Shown piece by piece: positions 42,091 to 58,595 of a stretch of 64,000 bases of DNA. The DNA is taken from contig OZ024742.1 in NCBI GenBank assembly GCA_964016885.1, positions 299,336,001 through 299,400,000 on the forward strand, in the 5' to 3' direction. This DNA comes from Eledone cirrhosa (taxonomy: Eukaryota). Numbering within the stretch: position 1 is the first letter of the stretch; every line of letters starts with the position of its first letter. The notes beneath the pieces were generated by a model. That model ran no database searches. It was not told the origin of the DNA and worked only from the letters and a program-made list of their open reading frames with translations. Made by a program: the position numbers and the translations under genes.

Positions 42091-42910
42091 ATATATATAT
42101 ATATATATATTAGGTATAGGATTATCCAAGATGCAGTGATGGTTAATTACTACACTGGATATGGTTGACGTACGGTAAGAGGTTACTCTACGAGTTATGG
42201 AAGAATTGTTCAAGAAACTTAGTTCCTGATCCTTCAGTATTCCGGAGTGTATATAAAGAATGAATAATGACAGGTAGACATCATAAAAAGGTAGTTTATT
42301 CCGTGTGCTTACAAGTGTTTCCACGGTGGTACTGCAGCCTAGTTCCGCTACGTGCAAATTCACAAGTATTTGCAGAACTCGAATATCCAATGCTGTGACC
42401 ACTGTTTCCTCAGAGCAGAATGGTAAATATACAATGTAAAAACCCTTAAGTGGGGTTGTTGGGGAAGATAGAGTGGAACAGGAAGAGAGAAAAGTAGGGA
42501 AGATGGAGAGAGAAGGAAAGATATGCAGGGGTTGGAGAAGTAGGAGAGAGTGGCTTGTAGATAGCTTAATCAAAATGTTATGGTAGGGGTTTTATTAGTT
42601 ACTTTTGGAGAGATGCGTAGATAGTTGAGGTCGGAATTATTTATTGCCCCAGAGGTCAAGTTCATAGATGTTGAGAGGGAGGTAGGTCAAAGGTGAGAGA
42701 GAGAGAGTGTAATGGATGTAGAGAGAGATATATAGGTAGAGAGGGGACAGATAAAGTATATGTGGTGAGTGAACTTTTGGTTTTGTAGTAGTAATCTAGG
42801 AATTGTACTGAGTTACCATGTATAGTGATAAGCAGTGTATTGTCTTGTAGTGTGGGGGAGAAGAGAAGGTTGTTAGCTAGAAAGTGGTGTTGTAGTTACG
42901 GGTTCGAATG

Positions 42911-43795
42911 TTAAGTTATTTTATAGTGAGAGAATTTAGCTTTTAGTTTGTGGTTGCAGTATAATGATCGTTCAATTCTATCGTTAAGTAGTTTCTTTTT
43001 GGATTTTAGTATGTAAAATAGCTCAAGGTTACATAACCTGCAGTACTTCAAACCACTCCGATATGCATTTGCGCTGGAAAGTATATCCCATTTTAAGGTG
43101 AACTGTTGGTTGTGTTCACGGAGTTGCCAGGTCTTGTTGGCGAGCGTGGTCACAAAACGGTGATTCTGATGTTTGATTGAGAATCGATGACGGTACCAGC
43201 GAGATTTAAACGATGTGGTGGTAGATCCGATATAATACCATTTCTGGTCGTCCGATTCAACCGTGCATTGGTAAACAATGTTGGACTTTAGGCATTCATT
43301 CTGCAATGGACATCTTTCAGGTAGATGGCAGTTACATGCTTTGTTGTGGGTAGCGGGTATACCATGGATAGGTTGTGATAGCGGTACAGGTGGGTTGTAC
43401 AATACCCGTCTCCCATTTAGTGGTTGGGAGGCAGATATTGCGTTCTGCCCACCTGTTACTAAAATGTTTTGTTTTGTAGAGTTGTTTAATTGCCTTAAGT
43501 TAAGTTTTTTTATGTATGCTTCAAGGTTTGGTGCCGTGGAGTATGATAGTCTAATAGTTTTGGAGTTCAGAATTTTGCTATACTTATGGGAACTAGGGAA
43601 GTGTTTATTGATTAATTTAAAGAATGAAAGAGATAGTTTTGTACTAATCGAGGCATTAAAAATAGGATTATACCAGATATACTTTCTACAACGTGATTTA
43701 TTTGGTGGTGAACTTCTATTATTAGTATGTCTGGTAGTATAGTGTGTGTGTGCTTGTGTTTTAGTCCCCCGGTTACGTATACCTTGATTACGTGT
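42911..43795 (-). CDS. PLE-3 linker plus GIY-YIG endonuclease (5'-truncated)
   Basis: IWYNPIF, KHFP, CNCHLPERCPLQNECL, IVY..YYIGST, CRLCNLE, YCNH. Confidence 0.88.
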   Translation of the reverse strand, partial: TRNQGIRNRGTKTQAHTHYTTRHTNNRSSPPNKSRCRKYIWYNPIFNASISTKLSLSFFKLINKHFPSSHKYSKILNSKTIRLSYSTAPNLEAYIKKLNLRQLNNSTKQNILVTGGQNAISASQPLNGRRVLYNPPVPLSQPIHGIPATHNKACNCHLPERCPLQNECLKSNIVYQCTVESDDQKWYYIGSTTTSFKSRWYRHRFSIKHQNHRFVTTLANKTWQLREHNQQFTLKWDILSSANAYRSGLKYCRLCNLELFYILKSKKKLLNDRIERSLYCNHKLKAKFSHYKIT

Positions 43796-43798
43796 AGA

Positions 43799-44242
43799 GC
43801 TACCCACAACAAAGCATGTAACTGCCATCTACCTGAAAGATGTCCATTGCAGAATGAATGCCTAAAGTCCAACATTGTTTACCAATGCACGGTTGAATCG
43901 GACGACCAGAAATGGTATTATATCGGATCTACCACCACATCGTTTAAATCTCGCTGGTACCGTCATCGATTCTCAATCAAACATCAGAATCACCGTTTTG
44001 TGACCACGCTCGCCAACTAGACCTGGCAACTCCGTGAACACAACCAACAGTTCACCTTAAAATGGGATATACTTTCCAGCGCAAATGCATATCGGAGTGG
44101 TTTGAAGTACTGCAGGTTATGTAACCTTGAGCTATTTTACATACTAAAATCCAAAAAGAAACTACTTAACGATAGAATTGAACGATCATTATACTGCAAC
44201 CACAAACTAAAAGCTAAATTCTCTCACTATAAAATAACTTAA
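43799..44242 (+). pseudogene. Inverted copy of the PLE-3 GIY-YIG domain with a nonsense change
   Basis: Same reading as the minus copy, but AAG became TAG at 44018-44020. Confidence 0.88.
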
Positions 44243-44735
44243 CATTCGAACCCGTAACTACAACACCACTTTCTAGCTAACAACCTTCTCTTCTCCCCCA
44301 CACTACAAGACAATACACTGCTTATCACTATACATGGTAACTCAGTACAATTCCTAGATTACTACTACAAAACCAAAAGTTCACTCACCACATATACTTT
44401 ATCTGTCCCCTCTCTACCTATATCTCTCTCTCTACATCCATTACGCTCTCTCTCTCTCACCTTTGACCTACCTCCCTCTCAACATCTATGAACTTGACCT
44501 CTGGGGCAATAAATAATTCCGACCTCAACTATCTACGCATCTCTCCAAAAGTAACTAATAAAACCCCTACCATAACATTTTGATTAAGATATCTACAGGC
44601 CACTCTCTCCTACTTCTCCAACCCCTGCATATCTTTCCTTCTCTCTCCATCTTCCCTACTTTTCTCTCTTCCTGTTCCACTCTATCTTCCCCAACAACCC
44701 CACTTAAGGGTTTTTACATTGTATATTTACCATTC

Positions 44736-44847
44736 TGCTCTGAGGAAACAGTGGTCACAGCATTGGATATTCGAGTTCTGCAAATACTTGTGAATTTGCA
44801 CGTAGCGGAACTAGGCTGCAGTACCACCGTGGAAACACTTGTAAGCA
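44736..44847 (+). ncRNA. Type I HHR with ~85-nt stem II region (mirror copy 42306-42417, minus strand)
   Basis: tgct-CTGAGGA-a acagtggt...accaccgt g-GAAAC actt GTA-agca, then aataaa. Confidence 0.75.
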
Positions 44848-44894
44848 CACGGAATAAACTACCTTTTTATGATGTCTACCTGTCATTATTCATT

Positions 44895-44985
<91 letters not shown>

Positions 44986-45559
44986 TATATACTTATATAT
45001 ATATTTATTGAAAAATGAGAAAACAGAAAGCTAGAATAGCAGTTAAAACAGCTAAATCCAGTTATGTACTGTCAAAGACAGCGATAAGCAAAAATGCCTC
45101 AGAGGACAGAGACCAGCGGCCAGTGGTCGGCAGAGAGACAATCGATGAGGTGGGTGACAGGTAGAAGAAACATGGAAAATACCAAGAGAGAAGTAGGACA
45201 AGGAGAAGTGTATTGCCGCATGGAAGTGAAGGGAAGAAGGAAATAAAGAAAGGTTATGTACAAATCCACACACACATCTTCACACTCATCATATTCCAAA
45301 GGTTCAAATCGTTTCGCACGATTTATTTGAAAGTACAATTTTAAAACTCTCTATCATGCGACAGAAAACAATAAATCTATCGGCTGGTATGATATGTGTG
45401 TGATAAAACGAACAGAGCAGATAGATAGACCGACTGATCCTGCCTCCAATAAAAAAACACATGCACCAGTTCAGTTTCAATTCAGTTTTATTATTCATCG
45501 GATAATTTGAAGGTGTTAGATTGGTAGAATCTTTCGAGTGTCGGATAAATAGTTTAATT

Positions 45560-45700
45560 TCTGAGTTCAAATTCCGCCGTAGTCTTTGCATTCATCCATT
45601 CTAGGGTCGATACTATCAGTCAAGTACTGGGGGTCGATTTATAGAACGTTACCCTCGTGGAAACTGCTTGCCATGTGCCTAAATTAGACATTATTATTAG
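45560..45700 (+). mobile_element. Degenerate SINE (same family as 50283-50470)
   Basis: ctgagttcaaattccgccg...gggtcga...tgtgccta. Confidence 0.55.
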
Positions 45701-47760
45701 TTGGATAACTCGTTCATTACGAGGTCAGTTTAAGAATCAGATAAATTTTGAATAATTATAAAATTCTGTGGCCACATATTCTGAAACCCTCTCAATGATT
45801 ATATTTACCCTCTGTGCTATATGTTCGTTTTCATTTTGTATTCATTTTACAAAGCAAATATAAGGTCAAATATCATAGAAGTGGATATGAAAGCATATAC
45901 GCTATATTACTATATAATAAACATACGAGAATCTCGCTATGTTTTTAAGATGTTATCTCATCACAGCTATCGCAGTATCTGAGAGAATACCAGGTACCCG
46001 TTTCTGGAATCCTAGCCGTCATCGGATAAGACAAAATATGCTAAAACCCACATTTTTTTGCAAATGAACCATTGGCTGAAAATGGTATATAGTGTGAACG
46101 TGACTGGTTGAAGGCAAGTAAGTCCAAGTGGCACTACTAAAGCGTAGTGCATTATAGGGGTGTATATGAAATTATATACGTTATTTCCTCTCAATAACGA
46201 TTCAATAACGATTGAGTAAATGTCACCAAACGATGTTATTTTGTGCTTATACATATTCATTCATTAGTAGACATATCGATCATTTATGATAATAAGGCGT
46301 AAAATATAGAACCATCGATCGACATTAAAACATTTTTATCATTTTGACGAATAAATAGTATTCTAGAACCGCACAACAAATAATGTTTTTGTTAATGTGT
46401 GATAATCTCTTTATGTATAATATTAATAACAGAACCTACCCTAGACACCGTTATAGAAATGTTTGTTAATCTCTTTAGGTTTATTCTATTTAATACCTCA
46501 TAGAATATGTATTTATTTAAAATTCTATATTCGCAAAGTGATCAGATTAAAAACAGTGGAGACAGAATCATTATTATTAATCCCTGTGTTAAATGGACAA
46601 ATATGAATCCGTACAAATTTGTTTGTATTTCCTCATAGCAAGAAAAGGTGACATCTGTGTGAGTTGGAGCTTAGTTTCTTTCGACAACGTATGATCCAAT
46701 TGTTCCAAACATCTTGCTCCTGAAAATAACGTGCAAGTGGCTGATTATTTTCCAAAGCAGTTAACCCTTAAATTAGTTTTCAGAGAGATATAGTAAGATG
46801 CAGTAACAAGCCTGGCCCTTTTTAATTACACATAGAATTGATTACTTTTAGCTGAGTTGGCTGGAACGACAGGAAGTACCACATTACTGTAGCGGCTATA
46901 AGCTATCCAATCACTGCTGTTCTTTATCCTCAGTTATTTCTATTAAACATCCAACATTGCTGGATGTTTAATAGACACCCAGATTTTTATTCAACTGCAT
47001 AATATCTTCGGCAAATATCGTTAATCATAGATCTGGGTTGGCTCGTACGATATAAGTGAAATCGGGTAGATGAAAAACCATTGGACGGACTGTACCTGTA
47101 GTACAAAAGGCCACCCTAATCACGTACTCAGTCATGGTGAGCCTCCCAGCGTTGTATCTAAATATACATGTTCTTATGTAATCTCAAGCCATTTGCCCAT
47201 GATTTTCATGAGTAAGGTGCTTCATTGATTGAAAATTTAGAACATTCTTCGGTGAAACCGATTGAACCTATTCTATTTCCTTATTAGGATTTTCTTATAT
47301 ATTTCATTCTATGTGTATAGATGTATGGATGCATGAGCTTTATATATGGGGCTGCTTTTTCTTCTATGATTGCATGTTTGTTTTACATGCGCATTTTCGT
47401 CGGCATCGTTTTATCAGTCTATTTTTTGCTCAAATTAAATTACTAGTTTTCTGGTACAGAAAAATAGTTCATTCTAACGTTATCTAAACAGTGACACCGT
47501 CACATATCAAAGTTTGTATCAATTATCATCAATTGGAAAATGCTATAAAGTTTTAAAGACAAACAAATCATGGAAATATCACACACAAACACACATACAC
47601 ACTCTCATATATATATATATATATACGTATATATATATATCAAGTAAAGCAACGGAGTAAAGGACTTGCGTATAGTCCTGTAATTTAATGAGCTCAAACA
47701 AAAATTTCTTAAGGCTCCTGTAAATCAAAACACACGCCCCTGTGTTTTTCCTCTCTATAT

Positions 47761-47816
<56 letters not shown>

Positions 47817-48026
47817 TATATATACACACACACACACATATATATATAAATCTATATCTATATATATATATAGGAATAATAATAAATTTGAAAACTAAAA
47901 TCCAAAGAGGGCTCAATAAGGATAAATATATATCAAATATATATGAACCGTAGAGCAAATATTAAAATAACAGATTAAAGTTTAAGCAAAGAATCGCTCC
48001 TTTCACCCTTAACTGAAACTAACAAA

Positions 48027-48103
<77 letters not shown>

Positions 48104-48279
48104 GGCGTGTCAAATATGTGAATGTTTTTGTTTTGTTTCTGTTTTCTGAAAGGACATGCTGGAAGGCGTGCTTGAGGACTCTACCAGGAATAACGTTCAC
48201 AAAAGTTGAAGAATATGTATTTATATATGTATATATATATGTATATATATATATATAAATATGTATATATATGTATATA

Positions 48280-48327
<48 letters not shown>

Positions 48328-48555
48328 TGTATATATATATGTATATATATATATATATATATGTATTTATATATGTATATATATATATATATATATAGGT
48401 ATATATATATGTATATATATATATATGTATATATATATGTATACATAAATATATATGTATATATATATGTATATATATATATATGTATATATGTATATAT
48501 ATATATATATGTATATATATATGTATATATATATATATATGTATATATATATGTA

Positions 48556-48615
<60 letters not shown>

Positions 48616-48620
<5 letters not shown>

Positions 48621-49140
48621 GAAAATAAACCAAAGAAGCCTTCAATACATCAAAAGTCTTTATTAGCCAACAATGTTTCGTCCTATTAAGGACTCATCAG
48701 GGCAATTAAAACTATAAGAAGCATTATCAGCCAATACAAGCCGAAAAATCAGAAGAATATGGAGTGTACATAGATTAAATCATAGGAAAATAATCGGGTA
48801 AAAATTATCAAGTAAAAAATTATCAAGTGCAAATTGCTAAGGAAGTAAGTAACATTTTGAACCATATTACAAATATAGTCCAATGCAAAAACTAGAGCTA
48901 AAACAGGGGTGGTGATATAGAGCGGGAATTATTGTACTATATATAATATAATATAATATAATATAATATAATATAATATAATATAATTAATAATGATAAT
49001 AATGTTAAAAGGCCCAATATACATATATATATATATACATATGTACGCATATATACATATATATCAATACACATTTCCATCAATAGAAGCACAAACTAAC
49101 CCTTATTAAGAGTTTAAATATAAATAAGAATAATAATAAT
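48616..49140 (-). mobile_element. Solo pseudo-LTR of the PLE-2 family with HHR (48662-48706)
   Basis: Highly similar to 30225-30735; starts at the same attatgaaaataaacc boundary. Confidence 0.9.
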
Positions 49141-50135
49141 ATATAATTATATATATATGTATATATATATGTATATATATATGTATATATATATATATAT
49201 ATGTATATGTATTCATTAGTTAAGAAAAACAAGACCACAAACTTCACAAGGAAGACATTATTAAGATTGTCAACATATTTTAGTTTGATGTAAGGAATGT
49301 AGAGAATAATAATAATAATATTAATAATAATAATGACCGTTTACAATTGTTTCGCTACTCCATATAATATTTCTGGATCAGATGACTATATATCATAATT
49401 GATCAGGTTCAGTTGTAAATAATTAACATATTTAAAAAACAGAGTGGCTCATCGGAACTTCAAAGGAATATAAATTAAAATAATGGGATAATGTTACATA
49501 ATATAATGTTCCATGTATTGGTTTATACTATGGTGTCTTGGTTGCATCAGCTGTCAGCTAAAATCAAGCAGTATTCATCTGTCGAGGCTGCATTATGTGA
49601 GATCTGCCTATGGGTAACAAGATGGCTGCCAAAGGGCATACTTACCTTACTAATTAAATGGGTGGTTTCAGGTGAAGTAACTTCTCGAGAGATTAGAGAT
49701 TGTGAGTATTTATAGTTAAGGGCTAATTCCTTCGTCAATAGAATTTTTGACCCAACTTAGTCATGTAGCCCCATTTCTACTTGTAGCTAATAAGTTAAAT
49801 TGCTATGAACAACTCGATAATTATGAGTTACCTCCCCTACATTGTCTCTCAATTAAAAAATTTAAAAACTAGCACTTAACTATAAACACTCACAATCTCT
49901 AATCTCTCGAGAAGTTACTTTCCCTGAAACCACCGTCTAATTAGTAAGGTAAATATGCTCTTTGGCAGCCATCTTGTTACCCATAGGCAGATCTCACACA
50001 ATGCAGCCACGACAGATGAATACTGCTTAATTATGGCTGACAGCTGATGCAACCAAGACACCATAGTATAAACCAATATATGGAACATTATATTATGTAA
50101 CATTATCTCATTATTTTAATTTATATTCCTTTGAA

Positions 50136-50255
50136 GTTCCGATGAGCCACTCTGTTTTTTAAATATGTTAATTATTTTCAACTGAACCAGATCAATTATG
50201 ATATATAGTCATCTGATCCAGAAATATTATATGGAGTAGCGAAACAATTGTAAAC
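50136..50255 (+). ncRNA. Type I HHR, U4C variant, ~95-nt stem II region (mirror copy 49339-49458, minus strand)
   Basis: gtt-CCGATGA-gccactctgt...atggagtagc-GAAAC aatt GTA-aac. Confidence 0.65.
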
Positions 50256-50282
50256 GGACATTATTATTATTAATATTATTAT

Positions 50283-50470
50283 AGGCGGTGGATTGGCAGT
50301 ATTGGTAGTGTCGCATGCCATGCTTTGGCCCATAGAGTTACGGCCCTTGCCATTCTGAGTTCAAATCCCGCCGAGGTTAACTTTGCCTTTCATCCTTACG
50401 GGGTCGATAAAATAAAGTACCAGTAATGCACTGTGTAATTGCTGGCCCTGTGCCTAACGTAGAAACAATT
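50283..50470 (+). mobile_element. tRNA-derived SINE with target-site duplication
   Basis: A box tggcagtattgg, B box gttcaaatcc; flanked by attattattaatattat direct repeats; absent from the mirror arm. Confidence 0.85.
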
Positions 50471-50767
50471 ATTATTAATATTATCATTATTATTCTCTAC
50501 ATTCCTTACATCAAATTAAAATATGTTGACAATCTTTTAATAATGTCTTCTTGCGAAGTTTGTGGTCTTGTTTTGCTTAACTAATGAATATCTCCAGCTC
50601 TGCGCACCTAACTTCTGCATGAACCCAGCCACTTAACTGCTTTCTACTGCATATTGCACATTGAGCACATGCCTTTACGCTTCGGCTTCTAACTAACTCA
50701 CCAATCTCTCCTCTCATATCTCCTCTACTATCTCCATCTCTCTCTTTAAGATTGGTTACTCTTGAAC

Positions 50768-51024
<257 letters not shown>

Positions 51025-51095
51025 ATATATATATATATATGTATGTATATATATATGTGGATATATATGTATATATAAAGGTATATATATATATG

Positions 51096-52046
<951 letters not shown>

Positions 52047-52059
52047 TTATATATATATG

Positions 52060-52125
<66 letters not shown>

Positions 52126-52131
52126 CATATA

Positions 52132-52329
<198 letters not shown>

Positions 52330-52330
52330 C

Positions 52331-52363
<33 letters not shown>

Positions 52364-52521
52364 CTGTGTATATATATATGTATATATATATATCTATATA
52401 TATATATGTATATATATGTATATATATATATGTATATATATATGTATATATATGTATAAATATATATGTATATATGAATAAAAATGGAGTAGCCATACAA
52501 TTCAACAGGAGGAAACAATAG

Positions 52522-52565
52522 CACAACTGACGATGTTGCAGATGTGCAACGAAAGATGTATGATA
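52522..52565 (+). ncRNA. HHR core with poor stem I
   Basis: CTGACGA t gttgca gatg tgcaac GAAA gatg TA, inside a (TA)n-flanked insert (52476-52790). Confidence 0.4.
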
Positions 52566-52809
52566 AACTATATATATGTGTTTGTGTCTATATTGTATCT
52601 GTATTATTTTTGACCGTCGGTCAGTCAATGGCAACATTGAGGGCCGCGTATATTCGATCGCGTATATTCGATTACCGATATAAAAGAAACAGAAGCGAAA
52701 AGCGAAAACCAAACAAACAGTGAGTGTGTTCTGTTATTAATTCTGGCAATATTACACAAATATGACCCTCCCCAAGTAAAACAATATATGTACATATATA
52801 TGTATATAG

Positions 52810-52887
<78 letters not shown>

Positions 52888-52902
52888 CTATATATATATA
52901 TG

Positions 52903-52933
<31 letters not shown>

Positions 52934-53141
52934 GCATATATATATATATGTATATATATATATAATTATATGTATATATATATATATATGTATAAAAATA
53001 TATAATTATATGTATATATATATATATGTATAATTATATATATATATATATATAATTATATGATAATTATATGTTTATATATATATGTTTATATATATAT
53101 AATTATATGATAATTATATGTTTATATATATATAATTATAT

Positions 53142-53178
<37 letters not shown>

Positions 53179-53186
53179 TATGTATA

Positions 53187-53572
53187 TAGCTATTAATGAA
53201 ATAAACTAATTAAAGTGAAATTCCATTTCGATTCTCTTTAACTTTTCAATTCACGTACCACCGTTGCGAAACGTATTTGGGTTTCGAGGTTCAAATACAT
53301 CTACGGAGCAGGTTTGGATTTTGAAATTTAAATATGTCCAGGAACCATGGCCATTGCCAATATAAGCTTGTCTTTATCGACTTATATCGAGACAGACAAA
53401 TTGTATTCACTTTAATTAGTTTATTTCATTAATAGCTAACTTTGTCTGTTACAATGCAAACACGTTTTGTGTTTATCATATATTTTAATGTATTTAACTG
53501 CTCGGAAATGCCCCTTTTCTTGGAGCTGGATTATTGTAAACGACTGAGAGTTTATTCTCAAAATATAATATA

Positions 53573-53575
<3 letters not shown>
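53187..53575 (+). mobile_element. Mini-element with a 32-bp inverted arm and tail
   Basis: tagctattaatgaaataaactaattaaagtgaa / ttcactttaattagtttatttcattaatagcta. Confidence 0.65.
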
Positions 53576-53619
<44 letters not shown>

Positions 53620-53654
53620 TATGTGTATATATATATATATATATTTTTTTTTTA

Positions 53655-53908
53655 AGAATTAGCTGTCGAAACGACTAGAGCTCAGCCGTCGGGTCCTACT
53701 CGTTCCTATATATATATATATATATATACATATGATTAGAGCAAACATCACGGACGCTCTATCTCAACATTATTTTTGAAAAGCATTAGAAATGCGCAAC
53801 CGGTAAAACTTAAAATCAAAACTTAATACTAACCAATACTATTAATAATTCTCACTTATTCCTAATTAAACTCTTTTTCAATGTGAACAATTTGTCAGCA
53901 TACCAATA
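53655..53908 (+). mobile_element. Family A fragment (53655-53707) and family B copy (53735-53908) with HHR-like motif
   Basis: gtcgaaacgactagagctcagccgtcggg; attagagcaaacatcacg...gtcagca. Confidence 0.75.
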
Positions 53909-54361
53909 TATATATATATATATATATAATATAATTAGAAACTCACAGATACATGCGGACACACACACATATATACATGAATGCATCCGCACCCAACTGT
54001 GAGTTAAGGGTGCCAACTTCACCGATGTTGCTCAATGAATGACTGGGACAGACCAATTCAGTTGAACTAGACTGAACCAGTATCAGAGTATATATTGTTA
54101 ATAACTCCCTCTGGTCGAGCAATCTTTGAGGTGTGGGGACAGCTGGAAGGCTTCCATTACTCATACTTCTTGCCTTCTTCACCACCTCTTCTACGGCCTC
54201 GATATAAATACCCCCTCCGCCTCCGTGGTATTTTCTTCGGGGTTATAAGAGGCTTAGCTCTGTTTCTCGACCGTTATATCGCGTGACTATCTCCCCCTCC
54301 GCCTTTTGGGATTCTTTCTCACGTCGTGTAGACGCGTTCTTGAGACTAGTAAAATGAGGTA

Positions 54362-54451
54362 TCCTCTTGATAAGTCGGCAGACCTCGCAAGGACTCTATA
54401 TCTTCATGATATATTGTTTTTGTTTATGCCACGAAACTACGTAGTCGAGGA
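54362..54451 (+). ncRNA. Type I HHR, U3-A8 variant, in a (TA)n-flanked insert (53937-54520)
   Basis: tcctc-TTGATAA-gt c ggca...tgcc ac-GAAAC tacgta GTC-gagga. Confidence 0.78.
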
Positions 54452-54520
54452 GTTTAGGAGCAGTTTAGGTATGATACATTTTATTACTAATTATATCTAA
54501 ATGTTTCTTCTCTCTTCATA

Positions 54521-55300
<780 letters not shown>

Positions 55301-55432
55301 CATATGTACGTACGGGGTACATAGAAAATTAATAATAATGTTCAATTCGCCTGTAAACAAACAGTCCTGTTTGAAGCTGCGCCGTGCCGATGACCGATCG
55401 ATATAACCCATATATACATATGTACATGTATA

Positions 55433-55522
<90 letters not shown>

Positions 55523-55862
55523 TGAACGTGTGTATAGTTCCATTTATGTATCAGCTGTGCTAGGGTGATGAATAAAATTCTAATTCTTATTATATTTTTA
55601 ATATTCGGCTAGGCCTGCCGTAACTCGCTCCGTATGCAAATGAGGCTACTCAGGATTTATACCTAAGAAAATATTATATTTTTTCAACCGTTCAATAGAC
55701 TGGCAGTGGTATACACTCCCGATGATGAGTAATGAGCCAGAGACATGTTGATTGTTCCTCAACGCCAGTATTGAACAAGCAGGTGACGATCCGTCACCGG
55801 CACAGCTTCAAATCGAACATTATTATTAACGTTGGATATAACCCATACGTACATGTATATGA

Positions 55863-56300
<438 letters not shown>

Positions 56301-57177
56301 TACCTGGAGTTGCGACCGATAGATAGTACTAGCAACTGGAAAGACCGACGGAAACATTGTTTCCTTGGTCCGATTTGACGGAAGTCGATCGAAAAAAAAA
56401 AAAATATATATATATATAGGTGTGTACGTGTGCATACTTACATTTATATTTCAGCTGAAATAGGGCGAGAAATAAAATTCTAATTCTAATTTCATTATAT
56501 ATATATGTGTATATGCATATAGATATATACATTTATATATACAATACCAAGGATCTCATTATACTGTTTGGTTTAGTCTCCAATTAATTATAGGTGCGTC
56601 TATTAGCTTCGATATTTTAACTGTCAAAGTGTCAAGCAATAACCATGACTATCCAACCATTATAGCCGCGAGAAGAGAATAAGTGAATTTGTTATCTCCA
56701 TTTTACTGCGAGCAACAAATATCATCATTGTTGCGTATAGAGATATAATCTACAGTAAGCAGTTCCGTTTATTCTTATAATGAATAACTAAATCTATTTT
56801 CTTTATTTCGCATCCTATGTGCTTGTGTAGACATATTAATAATGATCAACTGCAAACAATCTGAAACGATATATTCTCCGATATATCAATTACATTGTAA
56901 ATGGCTTTTATGTGTTCTCAAATTTCCTTCAAATCTCTTCTTGCATCATGTAGACCCTGAAATAACTCCTCCCAATACTATTTCATCACGTTAACTGAAT
57001 TGAATCAATGTTTGGTTTGCTACATTACGCAATTATTTTGTTCAATATTATTTCATGTAACATGCTATTTCATCATTTACTTTATGCGTCATGTATTCTG
57101 TAATATTTAAATCAGATTTGGAGGGGCAGCACTTATGACCTTTTTTGTGGGCCTCCGGGACAGACAGGGGAAGAGAG

Positions 57178-57710
57178 AACGCTATTCTATAACTAAATGC
57201 TATTTATAACTGAACGCTATTCTATAACAATGCTATTCTATAACTGAACGCTATTCTATAACAATGCTATTCTATAACTGAACGCTATTCTATAACAATG
57301 CTATTCTATAACTGAACGCTATTCTATAACTAAATGCTATTTATAACTGAACGCTATTCTATAACAATGCTATTCTATAACTGAACGCTATTCTATAACA
57401 ATGCTATTCTATAACTGAACGCTATTCTATAACAATGCTATTCTATAACTGAATGCTATTCTATAACAATGCTATTCTATAACTGAACGCTATTCTATAA
57501 CAATGCTATTCTATAACTGAACGCTATTCTATAACTAAATGCTATTTATAACTGAACGCTATTCTATAACAATGCTATTCTATAACTGAACGCTATTCTA
57601 TAACAATGCTATTCTATAACTGAACGCTATTCTATAACAATGCTATTCTATAACTGAATGCTATTCTATAACAATGCTATTCTATAACTGAACGCTATTC
57701 TATAACTGGA
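57178..57710. repeat. Homogeneous minisatellite of alternating 18-bp and 16-bp units (gctattctataactgaac / gctattctataacaat)
   Basis: Direct inspection. Confidence 0.95.
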
Positions 57711-58186
57711 TGCTTACAATAGACTGGATATTACTGAGAACACACAAAGACATGGCGTTGATGTTTAAGTTGGTGACGGATTATGCTTGCTGTGGAAGTA
57801 ATTTACATATGGCCTGTTTTGTTTTTATTTTCATTTCGAAGATTCTATCACTATACGTTCGATAGTACAACTATCAGAAAAGGGCTTGTTCAACAACTTA
57901 CGACATTCAGTTTGTCGAGCAACTAAACATAGTTACTCCACTGTATTAACTAGTTTGATGCTGGGAAACGTATCCCATCAGAATAGTTACTTATTCCATT
58001 CTATTTTAGTCGTATACAGTATGTGGCTTCAGACTGAGAATATATCCAGACTGTTACGAATAAACGAGTGCAAACAATTTCCTTTTTTCAATCCAAATGG
58101 ACCAATATCAGAAGCAATTAATATCATATTCTGCTTTACATTTCCCCAATACAGCAATTATGATGCGTATGGAGATCTACAGTGGA

Positions 58187-58274
58187 TATATATTGGGTCG
58201 TGAAGTGTGAAATGTGTAGAAGTTTTTTTTTCTACAAACTTCTACAAATTTCATACTTGTCGATCCAATATATA
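58187..58274. repeat. Small imperfect fold-back
   Basis: tattgggtcg..tgtagaagttt / aaacttctaca..cgatccaata. Confidence 0.6.
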
Positions 58275-58291
58275 TATTTATATATATATAC

Positions 58292-58490
58292 ATAGGAAAA
58301 GGTTCAGGACCCCGACGGCAGAGCTCAAGCCGTTTTGACGGGTATTTCTGGACTGAAATGGCCGTCGAAACGGCTTGAGCTCTGCCGTCGGGGTCCTGAA
58401 CATTTTCCTATTACCTACTCTACTACCCAAAGTATCGAGTACTCTGGTGCGTTATGTTCCACCTGGTTCCTTACCACACTTCCTTCGTTA
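58292..58490 (+). mobile_element. Family A fold-back mini-element
   Basis: Hairpin 58292-58411 plus family A tail. Confidence 0.8.
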
Positions 58491-58495
58491 TATGC

Positions 58496-58595
<100 letters not shown>

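Larger units (their letters stand above)
42110..44900 (-). mobile_element. PLE-3: 3' part with a 1.1-kb inverted duplication
   Basis: Arms ~42250-43355 and ~43799-44900; tail 42110-42249; (TA)n flanks. Confidence 0.92.
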
